Part shown: piece by piece, positions 26,926-36,976 of the stretch
Position numbering within the stretch: position 1 is the first letter of the stretch
Layout of the letters: each line of letters starts with the position of its first letter
The notes under the pieces: generated by a model
Database searches by the model: none
The model's input: the letters and a program-made list of their open reading frames with translations, nothing else
What the model was told of the DNA's origin: nothing
IMG/VR virus record: IMGVR_UViG_3300020442_000011
Span: 32,001-96,000 of that record
Length of the DNA stretch: 64,000 bases
Reading direction: 5' to 3' (one strand)
DNA from: a virus
Program-made: the position numbers and the translations under genes

Positions 26926-29034
26926 ATGGGTATCAACAAATCGCGCGAGTTACGCCCTGAACTCCTAGGGATCAACGTACTCGATCCATATTTCTCAACA
27001 TCCACTGCTGCCCGTAAAGCCATGATGGCTACCCATTTAGGTCAGGCACCAGTAGTAGAGGGATCAGAACCTAGAAAAATCTTCTCAGGGGCTGAGTTCC
27101 ACGCAGCTGAAGACGTGTTTGATATTCGGTTCCCGTGTCATGCGTCCATTATCGCAGTTGTTCGTAAATACCAGTCGGGTGGTATGGGTTACGGCGCAAT
27201 TCCAGAGAACCCAGTTACAACGATCATCTACAAAGATTATTACAGTAAAAACATCCGTGTCGGTGTTATCCATGTACCGAAGTATTTGAGTTTCCACCAG
27301 GATTTCGGTTATCCTCTGAAACTCAACCGAGAGGTTTGGGATCGGCTTGCACCCAAACAATTATTCGAAAAAGATACGGTGATCGCCACATCGCCCGCAG
27401 TTAAAGAAGATGGCTCTTATGGTCTAGGTGTTAATGCACCGACGATCTTCTTAACTGATCCAGGTACCATCGAAGATGGCATCGTCATGTCTGAATCGAT
27501 GTGTAAGAAAATGAGTCCTCGTGGTTATGGAACACTTGTCGGTAGTTGGGGCAAGAAAACATTCCCTCTAAACCTACATGGTGATTCTACCCATTACAAG
27601 CCCTTCCCTGACATTGGTGATATCATCCCGGCAGACGGTTTAGTGATGGCGTTTCGTGACATCGATCAGCGTCTGGGTGTGGCTGACATGACACCGCGTG
27701 CGACACGCACGGTGGATCACTCATATGACAAGCCTCTATGGGGGCGTCCTGGCGCAAGGGTGGTTGATGTTAAGGTTTATCATGACGATCGGCTAAACCC
27801 ATCTTTTACCCCGGTAGGTATGGATACGCACGCACGTAAGTATTATGACGGTCTTGCAACCTACTACCGTACGATTATGAAAATCTACCTCGACTTACAA
27901 AGAAGTTGGGGTAAGCATAAGCTGGAACTCACACCTGAGTTCGGTAGTCTCCTAGTAGAGGCCCAGACTCACTTACCTGTATCTCCCAGCGAGCGTAAGC
28001 TCACACGCATGAACCGTCTAGAGACTTTAGATGAATGGCGTGTCGAGATAACCTACGAATGGGTAATGCCTTTCAACGAAGGCTACAAACTGACGGACCT
28101 CTTTGGGGGCAAAGGAGTTAATTGTAAAACTCGTCCCGACCACGAAATGCCAAAAGACAAAAATGGTAATCGTGCAGATATTGTCATTTACGGTATTTCT
28201 ACAATCAACCGTACTAACCTAGGTCGTTGGTTTGAACAGTTTACCAACGCAGCGTTCCGTGATCTTGTTCAACGCATGCGGCGTGAGTGTGGCCTCGATC
28301 ACTTACGTACACCTACGTCTATTGAAGCGCAACGTGCCGTCAGTAACAAAGAATGGGTATCCATGGCGTTTAATCGCTTGCTCAAATTCTATTACATGAC
28401 AGTGCCGCTAATGGCCAAATCGATGGAGGAACATCCAAGTCCAGCTTGTCACCTTAAACACATCTTGATTGAAGGTGGTTTTCTCCATCACATGGCAGAT
28501 AACCCAATCAGCGAGATGGACCAGGTGAGAAACATCATGAAGAGTGAGTTCAAACCTCATTATGATAAAATCACCTTTTACAACAATTTTGGTGAGGAAG
28601 TCGAATCGGAACTCCCTGCACTGATCGGTGATATCTATTTCATCGCCCTCGAAAAGAATGGCGAGGATTATTCAGCAGCTGCTTCAGTTAAAGTTCAGCA
28701 CTTTGGTGTTCCTGCCAAACTAAGTCAGAACGACCGCAACACAACACCCGCACGTCAAACGTCAGTGCGGGGTATCGGTGAATCAGAAAGCCGTTCTCTA
28801 TGTTCCACCATTGGTCCAGAACCTACTATCGAAATCATGGACCAATCCAATAACCCCGAAGCACACCGTTTCGGTATCATGAATATCTTAACCCACCCAA
28901 CGCCTACTAACATCGAAAGACTTGTTGATCGTAACAAAGTTCCTTTCGGTGGTTCTCGACCAGTAAACCTGTTTAAACATATCCTTGCCTCGCGCGGTCT
29001 AAGATTTTTCTATAAACCGAATCAGGAAGATTGA
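26926..29034 (+). CDS. nvRNAP beta C-terminal subunit (phiKZ gp71-73-like), uninterrupted
   Basis: ARKAMMATHLGQ, TIEDGIVMS, GYKLTDLFGGKGV and RGIGESE motifs. Confidence 0.92.
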   Translation: MGINKSRELRPELLGINVLDPYFSTSTAARKAMMATHLGQAPVVEGSEPRKIFSGAEFHAAEDVFDIRFPCHASIIAVVRKYQSGGMGYGAIPENPVTTIIYKDYYSKNIRVGVIHVPKYLSFHQDFGYPLKLNREVWDRLAPKQLFEKDTVIATSPAVKEDGSYGLGVNAPTIFLTDPGTIEDGIVMSESMCKKMSPRGYGTLVGSWGKKTFPLNLHGDSTHYKPFPDIGDIIPADGLVMAFRDIDQRLGVADMTPRATRTVDHSYDKPLWGRPGARVVDVKVYHDDRLNPSFTPVGMDTHARKYYDGLATYYRTIMKIYLDLQRSWGKHKLELTPEFGSLLVEAQTHLPVSPSERKLTRMNRLETLDEWRVEITYEWVMPFNEGYKLTDLFGGKGVNCKTRPDHEMPKDKNGNRADIVIYGISTINRTNLGRWFEQFTNAAFRDLVQRMRRECGLDHLRTPTSIEAQRAVSNKEWVSMAFNRLLKFYYMTVPLMAKSMEEHPSPACHLKHILIEGGFLHHMADNPISEMDQVRNIMKSEFKPHYDKITFYNNFGEEVESELPALIGDIYFIALEKNGEDYSAAASVKVQHFGVPAKLSQNDRNTTPARQTSVRGIGESESRSLCSTIGPEPTIEIMDQSNNPEAHRFGIMNILTHPTPTNIERLVDRNKVPFGGSRPVNLFKHILASRGLRFFYKPNQED

Positions 29035-29037
29035 TCG

Positions 29038-31032
29038 ATGATGTCACGTTACACCATGCGAGACTTGATCCACTTGTCTCCACAACAACTCTACCGCGAG
29101 TTACCCAAGGAAAAAGAAATCACCGTTGAGTTTGACGACGGTGAATTAATCACTCACACCAACATAACCATACTCAGCACATACATGTGCTTCCCACTCA
29201 CAAAGTTCCCCGATGTTCCTATTCTAAAAGAATATCATCTTGGGAATAACGTCCCGACAGGCGGGCTCATCAATAAGCGCCTGAATAGTGTTTTATGGGG
29301 TATCCATAAACATTCGGGGGAACAAGTCGACCCTGAATATCTCAGTAAGTTGGCGATTGTTTCAGTCAATAAACTATTCAATGACATCACGACATATGGC
29401 GCACCCAGTTTCTCGTCGATGTCGATGTTCGACCTTTATGAAATAATGGAACTTCCTGAGTTACAGGAAGCGCTCAGTGGGGTGGAACCCACTGAATTTT
29501 CGATCAACAAGAAAGTTTATCCTGTTGTTCAGAAAATCCTTAAAGACCCGGCAATCCTGCCGCATAACGCTATCATGAAATCGTCCCTGGCGGGCACATC
29601 TAAGAATGGTCAACTTTTACAAGTGTTTGGCCCCTTAGGTTTCCGTACAGATATCAACAAAGAGCTCTTCCGCTATCCAATAGTTAACCCGCTTGCTGAG
29701 GGCGTCGGAGATTATGAAGGTGCTCTAAAGGAATCGCGTACCGGTACAATCGCACTCCTTAACAATAAGGATCTGTTGCGTAAGACTGAATATTTCAATC
29801 GACAAACGCAATTGATTGCACAATACGTGATGAATCTACATCACTTTACTGATTGTGGTACTGACATCCGTCTTCCTTATCTGGTAACGGAAGATAACCT
29901 CGAGACGCTCAAGGGTAAATATTACCGTGTTGAACAAAATGGTGAAGACACATGGTTGAAGGGCGATGAAAAACATCTTATCAATCAAGTGATCTTCATC
30001 CGTTCTGTGTTGGGGTGTAAACATTCCGACCCGCAAGGTGTTTGCGGTATGTGTTATGGACGAATGCAGTTCTCCATTCCTTATCGCACTAACATCGGTA
30101 ATGTCAGTGCCGTAGTGGTGGGTGACAAAATAACATCGAGCGTATTGTCAACAAAACACCATGTGGCATCCTCACAGGTAGAACACTTTCATCTTGGTCC
30201 GCGTGAACTCGAGTTTATGCGGTATGGGGAACAAGAAGAAACGTTGTACCTCAGCTACAAAGTAGCTAAAGCGGATCGGGTGTATATGACGGTGTATGCT
30301 GACCAGGTACCTAACTTGGCCAACATTCTGATGGTACCGTCGTTAGATGAATTCCCAACCACATCGGTATCACAGCTCACCCAAGCTGCGTTTCAATACG
30401 AAAACAAGGAGGGCTTCCTTGTGGGTGACGTTGTTCAGACATCCCTGTACAACCGTCATGCGAGTTTCTCTAAGGAACTCTTGGCTCATATTCGAGAATA
30501 CAAATGGGAGATTGATGATGATGGTAATGTTCGCGTTGACCTCACTAATTTCGCACGTGATCGACCGCTACTTACGCTACCGTTTAAGAACGTCGACATG
30601 TATGATGTGATGGTAAAGATAAAATCTTTCCTTCACTCCGGCTCTGACGGTCAGAACAAAAAGTTAGCAGGGTATTCTAAGAATAAACGGGGTGAACAGA
30701 ACTTCCTGAAAAATTATGATAATCCTGTTGATGCACTCACTGTGTTCGCCAACATGCTAAATGAGAAGCTTTATGTGAACTTAGTTCACGTGGAAATTCT
30801 ATTATATGCAATGATGGTGCGTAAACGCGGTGAAGACTATCGTTTACCTAAACCAGGTGTTACTGGGCAATTTGACAAATATAACATCATCATGGCAAAG
30901 CGGTCTCTATCAGCCGCTATGGCATTCGAGAAGCAAGATAAGATCCTTTCTTCCGCAGATGTTCTGAGTCTATCGCCTCGTATCGACCATCCCTATGATA
31001 TTGTCGTCATGGGAGGTGACTACGCTAATTAG
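29038..31032 (+). CDS. nvRNAP beta' C-terminal subunit (phiKZ gp74-like)
   Basis: EYFNRQTQL bridge-helix-like segment, DCGT, Zn site CKHSDPQGVCGMCYG, trigger loop VLSTKH. Confidence 0.9.
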   Translation: MMSRYTMRDLIHLSPQQLYRELPKEKEITVEFDDGELITHTNITILSTYMCFPLTKFPDVPILKEYHLGNNVPTGGLINKRLNSVLWGIHKHSGEQVDPEYLSKLAIVSVNKLFNDITTYGAPSFSSMSMFDLYEIMELPELQEALSGVEPTEFSINKKVYPVVQKILKDPAILPHNAIMKSSLAGTSKNGQLLQVFGPLGFRTDINKELFRYPIVNPLAEGVGDYEGALKESRTGTIALLNNKDLLRKTEYFNRQTQLIAQYVMNLHHFTDCGTDIRLPYLVTEDNLETLKGKYYRVEQNGEDTWLKGDEKHLINQVIFIRSVLGCKHSDPQGVCGMCYGRMQFSIPYRTNIGNVSAVVVGDKITSSVLSTKHHVASSQVEHFHLGPRELEFMRYGEQEETLYLSYKVAKADRVYMTVYADQVPNLANILMVPSLDEFPTTSVSQLTQAAFQYENKEGFLVGDVVQTSLYNRHASFSKELLAHIREYKWEIDDDGNVRVDLTNFARDRPLLTLPFKNVDMYDVMVKIKSFLHSGSDGQNKKLAGYSKNKRGEQNFLKNYDNPVDALTVFANMLNEKLYVNLVHVEILLYAMMVRKRGEDYRLPKPGVTGQFDKYNIIMAKRSLSAAMAFEKQDKILSSADVLSLSPRIDHPYDIVVMGGDYAN

Positions 31033-31073
31033 GGAAACGGAGTGCGGGGGATACGTCCCCCGCAGTATTAACC

Positions 31074-32612
31074 ATGAACAATTTAAAGTTGGATGTTTAC
31101 TCACACGGGGTACGCCTACATGGCTACACCCGTAACCTCTTTGGTGAGATCGTTCATTTTTTGAGTCGTTTGGAACTAAAAGAGGATAAACGACTACCTC
31201 GTCACCAAGGTGGTGGTATGGTGACCGTGGTGAGAAAGAAGTTTTTTGGTATTTTGAATTCTAAGCGTGAGATATACATCCATCGACATCACCTAGAAGC
31301 ACTATTGACGTTTCTAAAGGGATGTGGTTTAACCGAACAAAATTTTATCATTGAATACATTGACCCACCTAAGGGTCAGCGTATAGAAGGTGTGGAAATA
31401 TTTGATCACTTTGTTGAGAGGGACTATCAAGGTATCCTGATACCCGAACTTGCTGAAGATGTACAACGATCACGTAAAGTGGATTTGGCCACGGGTTTGG
31501 GTAAAACGTTCTGTTCATTAAAAGCGTGTCTTCTTAGAGGTGAACGTTTCTCTGTAATGCTTGCCCCTAAATATTTCGGTCTATGGATCGGAGCATTAAA
31601 TGATACGTTCAAGACCTTTAAAGATGTACCAGGACAATACATCACTGTGTCTGGTGGTAATGAATTGCGTATGGTGATGCAGCAAGCACTGGACGGAACA
31701 CTCGAAGCAAAAGCCATTATCATTTCAAACACAACGTACCGTAACTATATCGAAGCCTATGAGCAATTCGGTGAGAATATCGTTGACCATGGTTATCTGG
31801 TTCCACCTCAGCGATTCCATGAGCTTCTGGGTATAGGTACGCAGATCAACGATGAATTTCATGAGGATTTAGGTTTAACCTTCAGGATAGACTGTTTTAC
31901 GAATATCAAGAAACAGCTCTATTTGTCCGCTACGCCGTTTAATGGTGATCGGTATGTCACAGATATGGTGGATGTCATGTTGCCTCCTGAGACGTACTGT
32001 ACAATCCCTGAGCCCCCTAAATACATCAACGTATTGGAACTTCTCTACCAAGACGATGTAGAAGCGCGTGATTACTTAACTCCCCAAAAGAATAGTTATA
32101 ATCATGCACGATACGAAAAGATGATGTTAAAGAAAAAACGCCGCCTCAACACGTATTTCAGCAAAGTTGCTAAGGTGGTTGATAAAGCATTTGTTAGTGA
32201 TTTTGAACCTGGTCAGAAGATGCTCATTCTGTGCGCGACAGTCGACTTCATTCAAGCATTGACAAAATATCTCAAGGTCCAATTCCCGAACGTCAAAATA
32301 GGACACTACGTTAGTGGTGTTTCTTACGACACGGTGAAAGCTCAGGACATCACCGTATCAACGATCAAGTCGGCTGGAACAGGGGTCGATATACGTAACC
32401 TTCGTGAAACCCTACTTTTACAGGCGGTAGGGTCGGATAAGGATAACATCCAAATCTTAGGACGTACACGTCCGTTAAAAGACTTCCCTGATGTCACACC
32501 GCGCCTTATCTACTTCACGTGTATTGACATCAGACAACACCGTAAATACGCTCAGAAGAAGAAAGAAACCTTCGCTGGTCGTATATTACATTCTCGCACG
32601 ATGCGCTTATAA
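31074..32612 (+). CDS. superfamily 2 DExH helicase (phiKZ gp75-like)
   Basis: LATGLGKT, NDEFH, LSATP, GTGVDI and QILGRTR motifs. Confidence 0.92.
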   Translation: MNNLKLDVYSHGVRLHGYTRNLFGEIVHFLSRLELKEDKRLPRHQGGGMVTVVRKKFFGILNSKREIYIHRHHLEALLTFLKGCGLTEQNFIIEYIDPPKGQRIEGVEIFDHFVERDYQGILIPELAEDVQRSRKVDLATGLGKTFCSLKACLLRGERFSVMLAPKYFGLWIGALNDTFKTFKDVPGQYITVSGGNELRMVMQQALDGTLEAKAIIISNTTYRNYIEAYEQFGENIVDHGYLVPPQRFHELLGIGTQINDEFHEDLGLTFRIDCFTNIKKQLYLSATPFNGDRYVTDMVDVMLPPETYCTIPEPPKYINVLELLYQDDVEARDYLTPQKNSYNHARYEKMMLKKKRRLNTYFSKVAKVVDKAFVSDFEPGQKMLILCATVDFIQALTKYLKVQFPNVKIGHYVSGVSYDTVKAQDITVSTIKSAGTGVDIRNLRETLLLQAVGSDKDNIQILGRTRPLKDFPDVTPRLIYFTCIDIRQHRKYAQKKKETFAGRILHSRTMRL

Positions 32613-32629
32613 ACTGTTGGAGTTTCATC

Positions 32630-33076
32630 ATGGCTTTAAAGGTAGATCCCAGTAAAATGGAAAAGATTGTAGCATTGTTTTATGGTGCGCAATCAACTCG
32701 CGACAAAGTACCTGCAGGCGGCGCGCTTGATAAATTAACAATGGTGACGGCCACCCACGGTCGTTTGATGTTAGCGACAGAGGAGTTTCCCGTTGACTTC
32801 ATCATTCAGTCGTATGATCTTAAACCCAAAGAGGTATGTGATCAACGCAATGGTGAATTCATCCGTGAATTGGTGGATCACTTGGGTGCATCACATCTAT
32901 ACTCCGCTCTCACTGATGCCATGAAGAAGGATGGTTTCGTCATTGAGATTGTGGGTGACAAAGTCATTGCTAACCCTCTCAAGCAATCGTTTGGTGAAAC
33001 GGACGAGCAAGAACCGGCGCGTCCAGTAAGTAAAACATATTACGTGGAACATCACCCTGACGACGTGGTTGAATAA
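32630..33076 (+). CDS. hypothetical protein
   Basis: GGAG SD, 148 aa. Confidence 0.7.
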   Translation: MALKVDPSKMEKIVALFYGAQSTRDKVPAGGALDKLTMVTATHGRLMLATEEFPVDFIIQSYDLKPKEVCDQRNGEFIRELVDHLGASHLYSALTDAMKKDGFVIEIVGDKVIANPLKQSFGETDEQEPARPVSKTYYVEHHPDDVVE

Positions 33077-33086
33077 CGACATAAAA

Positions 33087-33117
33087 AGACCCTTCCCACA
33101 TGGGAAGGGTCTATGTC
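33087..33117. terminator. bidirectional terminator
   Basis: AGACCCTTCCC-acat-GGGAAGGGTCT, flanked by GACATA and TATGTC. Confidence 0.8.
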
Positions 33118-33132
33118 CGACTAACCTTTTTT

Positions 33133-33669
33133 TTATTTTTTTGGCTTTGTTTGGTAGTGCTGGGCCTCGGCTTGAAGTTGACCTTCTAGTGATGACGTTG
33201 TCTTTTCGTATTGTCGGATATGAGCTTTAGCCATCTGGCAAAGCATCTCCGCATCATGGTACTCCATATCGAAGAAACCGTGAATGTCTAACCCAAAGTG
33301 TTCCTTTATCTTTAGATGATAGAACTTACGAAAATAGTCGAGCTTCAGGCTACCTTCATAGATGTCTTCCTTAGGATGATAGGCTACAAGCGCCAACGGG
33401 CGTTTCTGAGCCTTTTCAAGATCCGAGTGAGGAAAGATACCATATTGGTTCTGATAAGCCGTCTTGGTTAGTCTTTCGGCGGTTATAGAGGTCACAGCAG
33501 GAAGTGTCTTAGCTAGATTGATTAATTCGTTAACACCGCCCTTCGGTATGTACCCAAACGACAACATTGTGACGTGGCCGTTTGGATCACTACTGTCTAT
33601 AGAAAGACGTGTATACCTTGGGTCAGTGTTAACGTCGTTTAATCCCTGAGCTTCCGGCTGTGCAGCGTA
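33133..33669 (-). CDS. probable -1 frameshift extension (GT-like part) of the upstream gene
   Basis: frame is open from the T8 run to 33133; ATG 33567 has no SD; FGLDIHGFFDMEY motif. Confidence 0.6.
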   Translation of the reverse strand, partial: YAAQPEAQGLNDVNTDPRYTRLSIDSSDPNGHVTMLSFGYIPKGGVNELINLAKTLPAVTSITAERLTKTAYQNQYGIFPHSDLEKAQKRPLALVAYHPKEDIYEGSLKLDYFRKFYHLKIKEHFGLDIHGFFDMEYHDAEMLCQMAKAHIRQYEKTTSSLEGQLQAEAQHYQTKPKK

Positions 33670-35525
33670 AAAAAAACCTTCATCATGTCAAGCGCAACAA
33701 GATGAGGGAAACGACTGTTAAACTTCTTCGCCACAGGTGTGTCACAGGAAGGACAATTAAACGAAGGAACTGCAATAATACCAAGCATGCAATCGTCAAT
33801 GAACTTCCCTACGTGTTCGAAGAATGTTTCAACGTTTTCGCTATCGGAGAACGTTGTCGAGAGTACCGATTCGATAAGTTCCCGATCACTACTCAATTCG
33901 ATCGGTTCGCTACTGTCTTCACTCTGCTCGTAAACCGCACTTACCCAGTGTGCGTATTGCTGCGCTGAAGTAGCTAACGCAAGTTCTTCGATGTAACGTG
34001 CACGAGACGAACCATGGGGTGGTTCGTTGTAGGCTTTGTTGGTCATCTCTTTAAGACTGTCGATCCAAGCATAACCTGCCAGCTCGTATTCATAGACACT
34101 GGGTACGCGGAGTTTTAGACCGATACCATCATCGAACCATACTGTGCGTTCAATACCACGCCGGTGTTCACTGCGATAAGTCTCCAGTTCTTCATTCGTG
34201 GATGGGCGGTCCCAATTACGTTGAGCCAACATGCGACGCTGCTTCTCAGATAGAGACGACATGTCATACCAAATGAGGTTATTGAGGTTCAACGTCTCTT
34301 TAACTTCATGCTGACACTTTTCAGGGTCTGCCACACAGGCATGTGTATACGGGAAACCACGTGGGTAAACAGTACACGCAACACCCCAGAAGAAAAGGTC
34401 TTGATCAACAAGCGCTACTTTCTCTTTGATGTCGGTCGGTGTGTTCCACTCACAGGTTGCCCCTGTTAAGAACTTGATACACCAATCAAACACCGTGGTT
34501 TTCAGTGTTTGGGACATATTAGAGAACGCAAGTCCTTTCGTCATACTACCGACAGAAAGTTTGAGTTGACCCAACTCATACTGGAGTTCTACCCAGTCAG
34601 CCAGTTTCGGCGGACGGAAACGCACCCAGAAACCTGAGAAAGGAAGCATGACATCGAACGGGACACCGCCGCCGCGCTTACGTTCGATATACATCGCGAT
34701 CTCATCTTTTGAATGAGAGCCCGGTAACATACGTTGAATCGGCGAACCAGTTCGTACAGTCTTACCTTCGTGTTGGTATTGTTGACGCCATTCGGCACCC
34801 TCACGACCAAGACTGCGTTGCCCATCGCCTGTCAATGCAGCGTGTTCATGACTATCGGCGATAGTACGTAGCCAAGGCGACCCATCATCTTTACCGACAG
34901 GTCGGCGTTGTTTCTTACGAATGTCTTGAATCCGCTTTTCATCGCGAGTGAGACGTTCGATGATACCTTGAGCAGCATCGAGGATCGCTTCGAGGTTCTG
35001 GTACGCCTCGCGTTCGATGGCGACCGGCGAGTCTTCCTCATCACCTTCTTTGAATGGGCGAGTGGTGGGGCGCTGCTCATGGAAGTCCATCGGTTTATTA
35101 ACCGGCAGCTCGGGAAAATCGATATCGGTCTTTTTAGCGAAAACAGTGATGTCAACAGGGGTTGCATTACCGTCATTGTCGAAACGACTTACTTGATCAA
35201 CATCACCGCCTTGATAGATATATTCGACAACTTTCGAAAAATCGTTATCGTCGAACAGTTTCTTACCCTCTTTATCAAGCACACGCCACGTGGCGTTCTC
35301 TTTTGCTTCCGTCATGAAAACAACGGCTTCGCCACGTTCCATCTCCCAGACAGTGTCATCTGGTAGAGTGACAACCACTAAGCCGACTTCAGCCGTTTCG
35401 TTCACTTTCTGTAGAATATCATCCAGTTCAGAAACAGAACTGGCTTCTTCAATGCTAATCTGACGACGTTCGTAGTCGTCCACTTCGAAGAGTTCAAAGT
35501 AGACAATATTCTGATCTTGCATCAT
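33639..35525 (-). CDS. conserved phiKZ gp77-like protein, candidate tail/baseplate assembly chaperone
   Basis: 628 aa; LPFSGFWV, YPRGFPY..AC and CPSC motifs; ends VFFTL. Confidence 0.7.
   Translation of the reverse strand: MMQDQNIVYFELFEVDDYERRQISIEEASSVSELDDILQKVNETAEVGLVVVTLPDDTVWEMERGEAVVFMTEAKENATWRVLDKEGKKLFDDNDFSKVVEYIYQGGDVDQVSRFDNDGNATPVDITVFAKKTDIDFPELPVNKPMDFHEQRPTTRPFKEGDEEDSPVAIEREAYQNLEAILDAAQGIIERLTRDEKRIQDIRKKQRRPVGKDDGSPWLRTIADSHEHAALTGDGQRSLGREGAEWRQQYQHEGKTVRTGSPIQRMLPGSHSKDEIAMYIERKRGGGVPFDVMLPFSGFWVRFRPPKLADWVELQYELGQLKLSVGSMTKGLAFSNMSQTLKTTVFDWCIKFLTGATCEWNTPTDIKEKVALVDQDLFFWGVACTVYPRGFPYTHACVADPEKCQHEVKETLNLNNLIWYDMSSLSEKQRRMLAQRNWDRPSTNEELETYRSEHRRGIERTVWFDDGIGLKLRVPSVYEYELAGYAWIDSLKEMTNKAYNEPPHGSSRARYIEELALATSAQQYAHWVSAVYEQSEDSSEPIELSSDRELIESVLSTTFSDSENVETFFEHVGKFIDDCMLGIIAVPSFNCPSCDTPVAKKFNSRFPHLVALDMMKVFFTLHSRKLRD
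33669..33676 (-). other. candidate programmed -1 ribosomal frameshift site (T TTT TTT)
   Basis: GTT TTT TTT ACG near the gene end; the -1 frame leads without stops into the next ORF. Confidence 0.6.
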
Positions 35526-36010
35526 TTCTTATTCTCCTCGAAGGTTTTGATTTCCATGAGTTCAGGAGCGTTTTCCTGAACTTCTTTAAATAGCTCGATA
35601 TGAAGGGAATTAATCTCTTTATCGTACTTTTCCATCATTTTGCTGTAACGCTCACTGATGCTGTACATTACAGGGTAATCCTTCGGAGCGGCACCGCCTT
35701 TCTTCCCTTTATGTAAGCTGTAGATATCCAGCAAGTCTTTTTGGAACTGACGGATACCGCCGATAAACTGACTGAGTTTGAGTTTGAACTCATCTGGGTT
35801 ATCTAATTTGCTGGAAATCTCATCCATGTTACTCAGAACAGGTAGCGTAAAGAAACTTGTCATGTAGCACTGCTGAAGAAGCTGTGAGAAAATAGTCTCA
35901 AGAACAACATAGCCTTCATCACCTTCGAGAATTTCCTTGGCAAGGATTTTATGTGTTTCCATCAGTTCATCGAAAGTGGGTGCTTGAACTTGTTCGTTAG
36001 CGGCGGTCAT
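35522..36010 (-). CDS. helical hypothetical protein
   Basis: AAGGA SD; coupled to the next gene. Confidence 0.7.
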   Translation of the reverse strand: MTAANEQVQAPTFDELMETHKILAKEILEGDEGYVVLETIFSQLLQQCYMTSFFTLPVLSNMDEISSKLDNPDEFKLKLSQFIGGIRQFQKDLLDIYSLHKGKKGGAAPKDYPVMYSISERYSKMMEKYDKEINSLHIELFKEVQENAPELMEIKTFEENKK

Positions 36011-36109
36011 TATGGTTTTCCTTAGTGAATTGAGTTATACGACATAACGTGAGTATAATTAGTTTTTTATAACTACGACAGGTAATGATGTGTAATCTTA
36101 CTTCTTTGG

Positions 36110-36976
36110 GTGGGCTCCATTATGTTAGATGAACTAAAACAATGTTTGCTTTTGTATACAACAGAAGAAGCAACGGAAACATTGCTTGATGCTTACCGTA
36201 TTCTGGAAACCATCGGGCTAACTGACCAAGACACGGAACTCCTTAACATCATGGGACTCGATAGCGAGGCTTCAGATAGTTATCTTCTTGTGGGTCGAAT
36301 CGAAGCGTGCTTAACGATCGCTGTTGGTGATCAGCTATCACAGTATGGTGTGACCCTGATTGATGGTACACCACTTAATGTCATGACAGAAATCCTACAA
36401 GCCGTAGGGACATTCGAGCGTTATCATATCCCTGAAGCTGTTCGAGATATCTTCTTGACAGACGAATTCGACAACGAAGAGAAGTTCGCCGAGTTCGTTT
36501 CATTGTTTAGTGCTCTCGAACCCATAGATGTCACGCATCATCTTGAGAACATCAAACCAGATACGCTCAAACGCATCAAGACGATCGCTGACGATGAACT
36601 GGCAAACATACCGAAGCCTGAGCTGCCTCTCCAAGAACTCAGAGAACGTGGACGTTTTATTAACCATATCGAGCGTAAGTCTCCCGAGCAACATTTAATG
36701 GTTGTTCGTAAACTGTCGGATTATGGTTTTCCGATGGACGTGGATGTCGATCTTGTCCTTGATGACTTGACAGACGCGCTTGATGCCATCCCTGATGACA
36801 CAGAACAGCTTGTTTATGAACTGCTAGCTGTGTCCGCCTACATCGATAGTGATTATCAAACGTTCTTCAGTGAATTCGTTGAAGATTACGCACACACCGA
36901 TGTGCTGGCGAATCGTTTAAAACGGTTAGCTAATACGTTCTTAACCGAACATGGGTATTCACATGTTAAAGCGTGA
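36110..36976 (+). CDS. conserved acidic protein (gp79-like)
   Basis: 288 aa, directly upstream of the vRNAP subunit. Confidence 0.65.
   Translation: MGSIMLDELKQCLLLYTTEEATETLLDAYRILETIGLTDQDTELLNIMGLDSEASDSYLLVGRIEACLTIAVGDQLSQYGVTLIDGTPLNVMTEILQAVGTFERYHIPEAVRDIFLTDEFDNEEKFAEFVSLFSALEPIDVTHHLENIKPDTLKRIKTIADDELANIPKPELPLQELRERGRFINHIERKSPEQHLMVVRKLSDYGFPMDVDVDLVLDDLTDALDAIPDDTEQLVYELLAVSAYIDSDYQTFFSEFVEDYAHTDVLANRLKRLANTFLTEHGYSHVKA

Noticed and set aside
26926-31032. Additional introns or inteins in the nvRNAP beta/beta' genes or helicase
   Set aside because: The ORFs are continuous with ordered motifs, and no C...HN-[C/S/T] intein signature was noticed.
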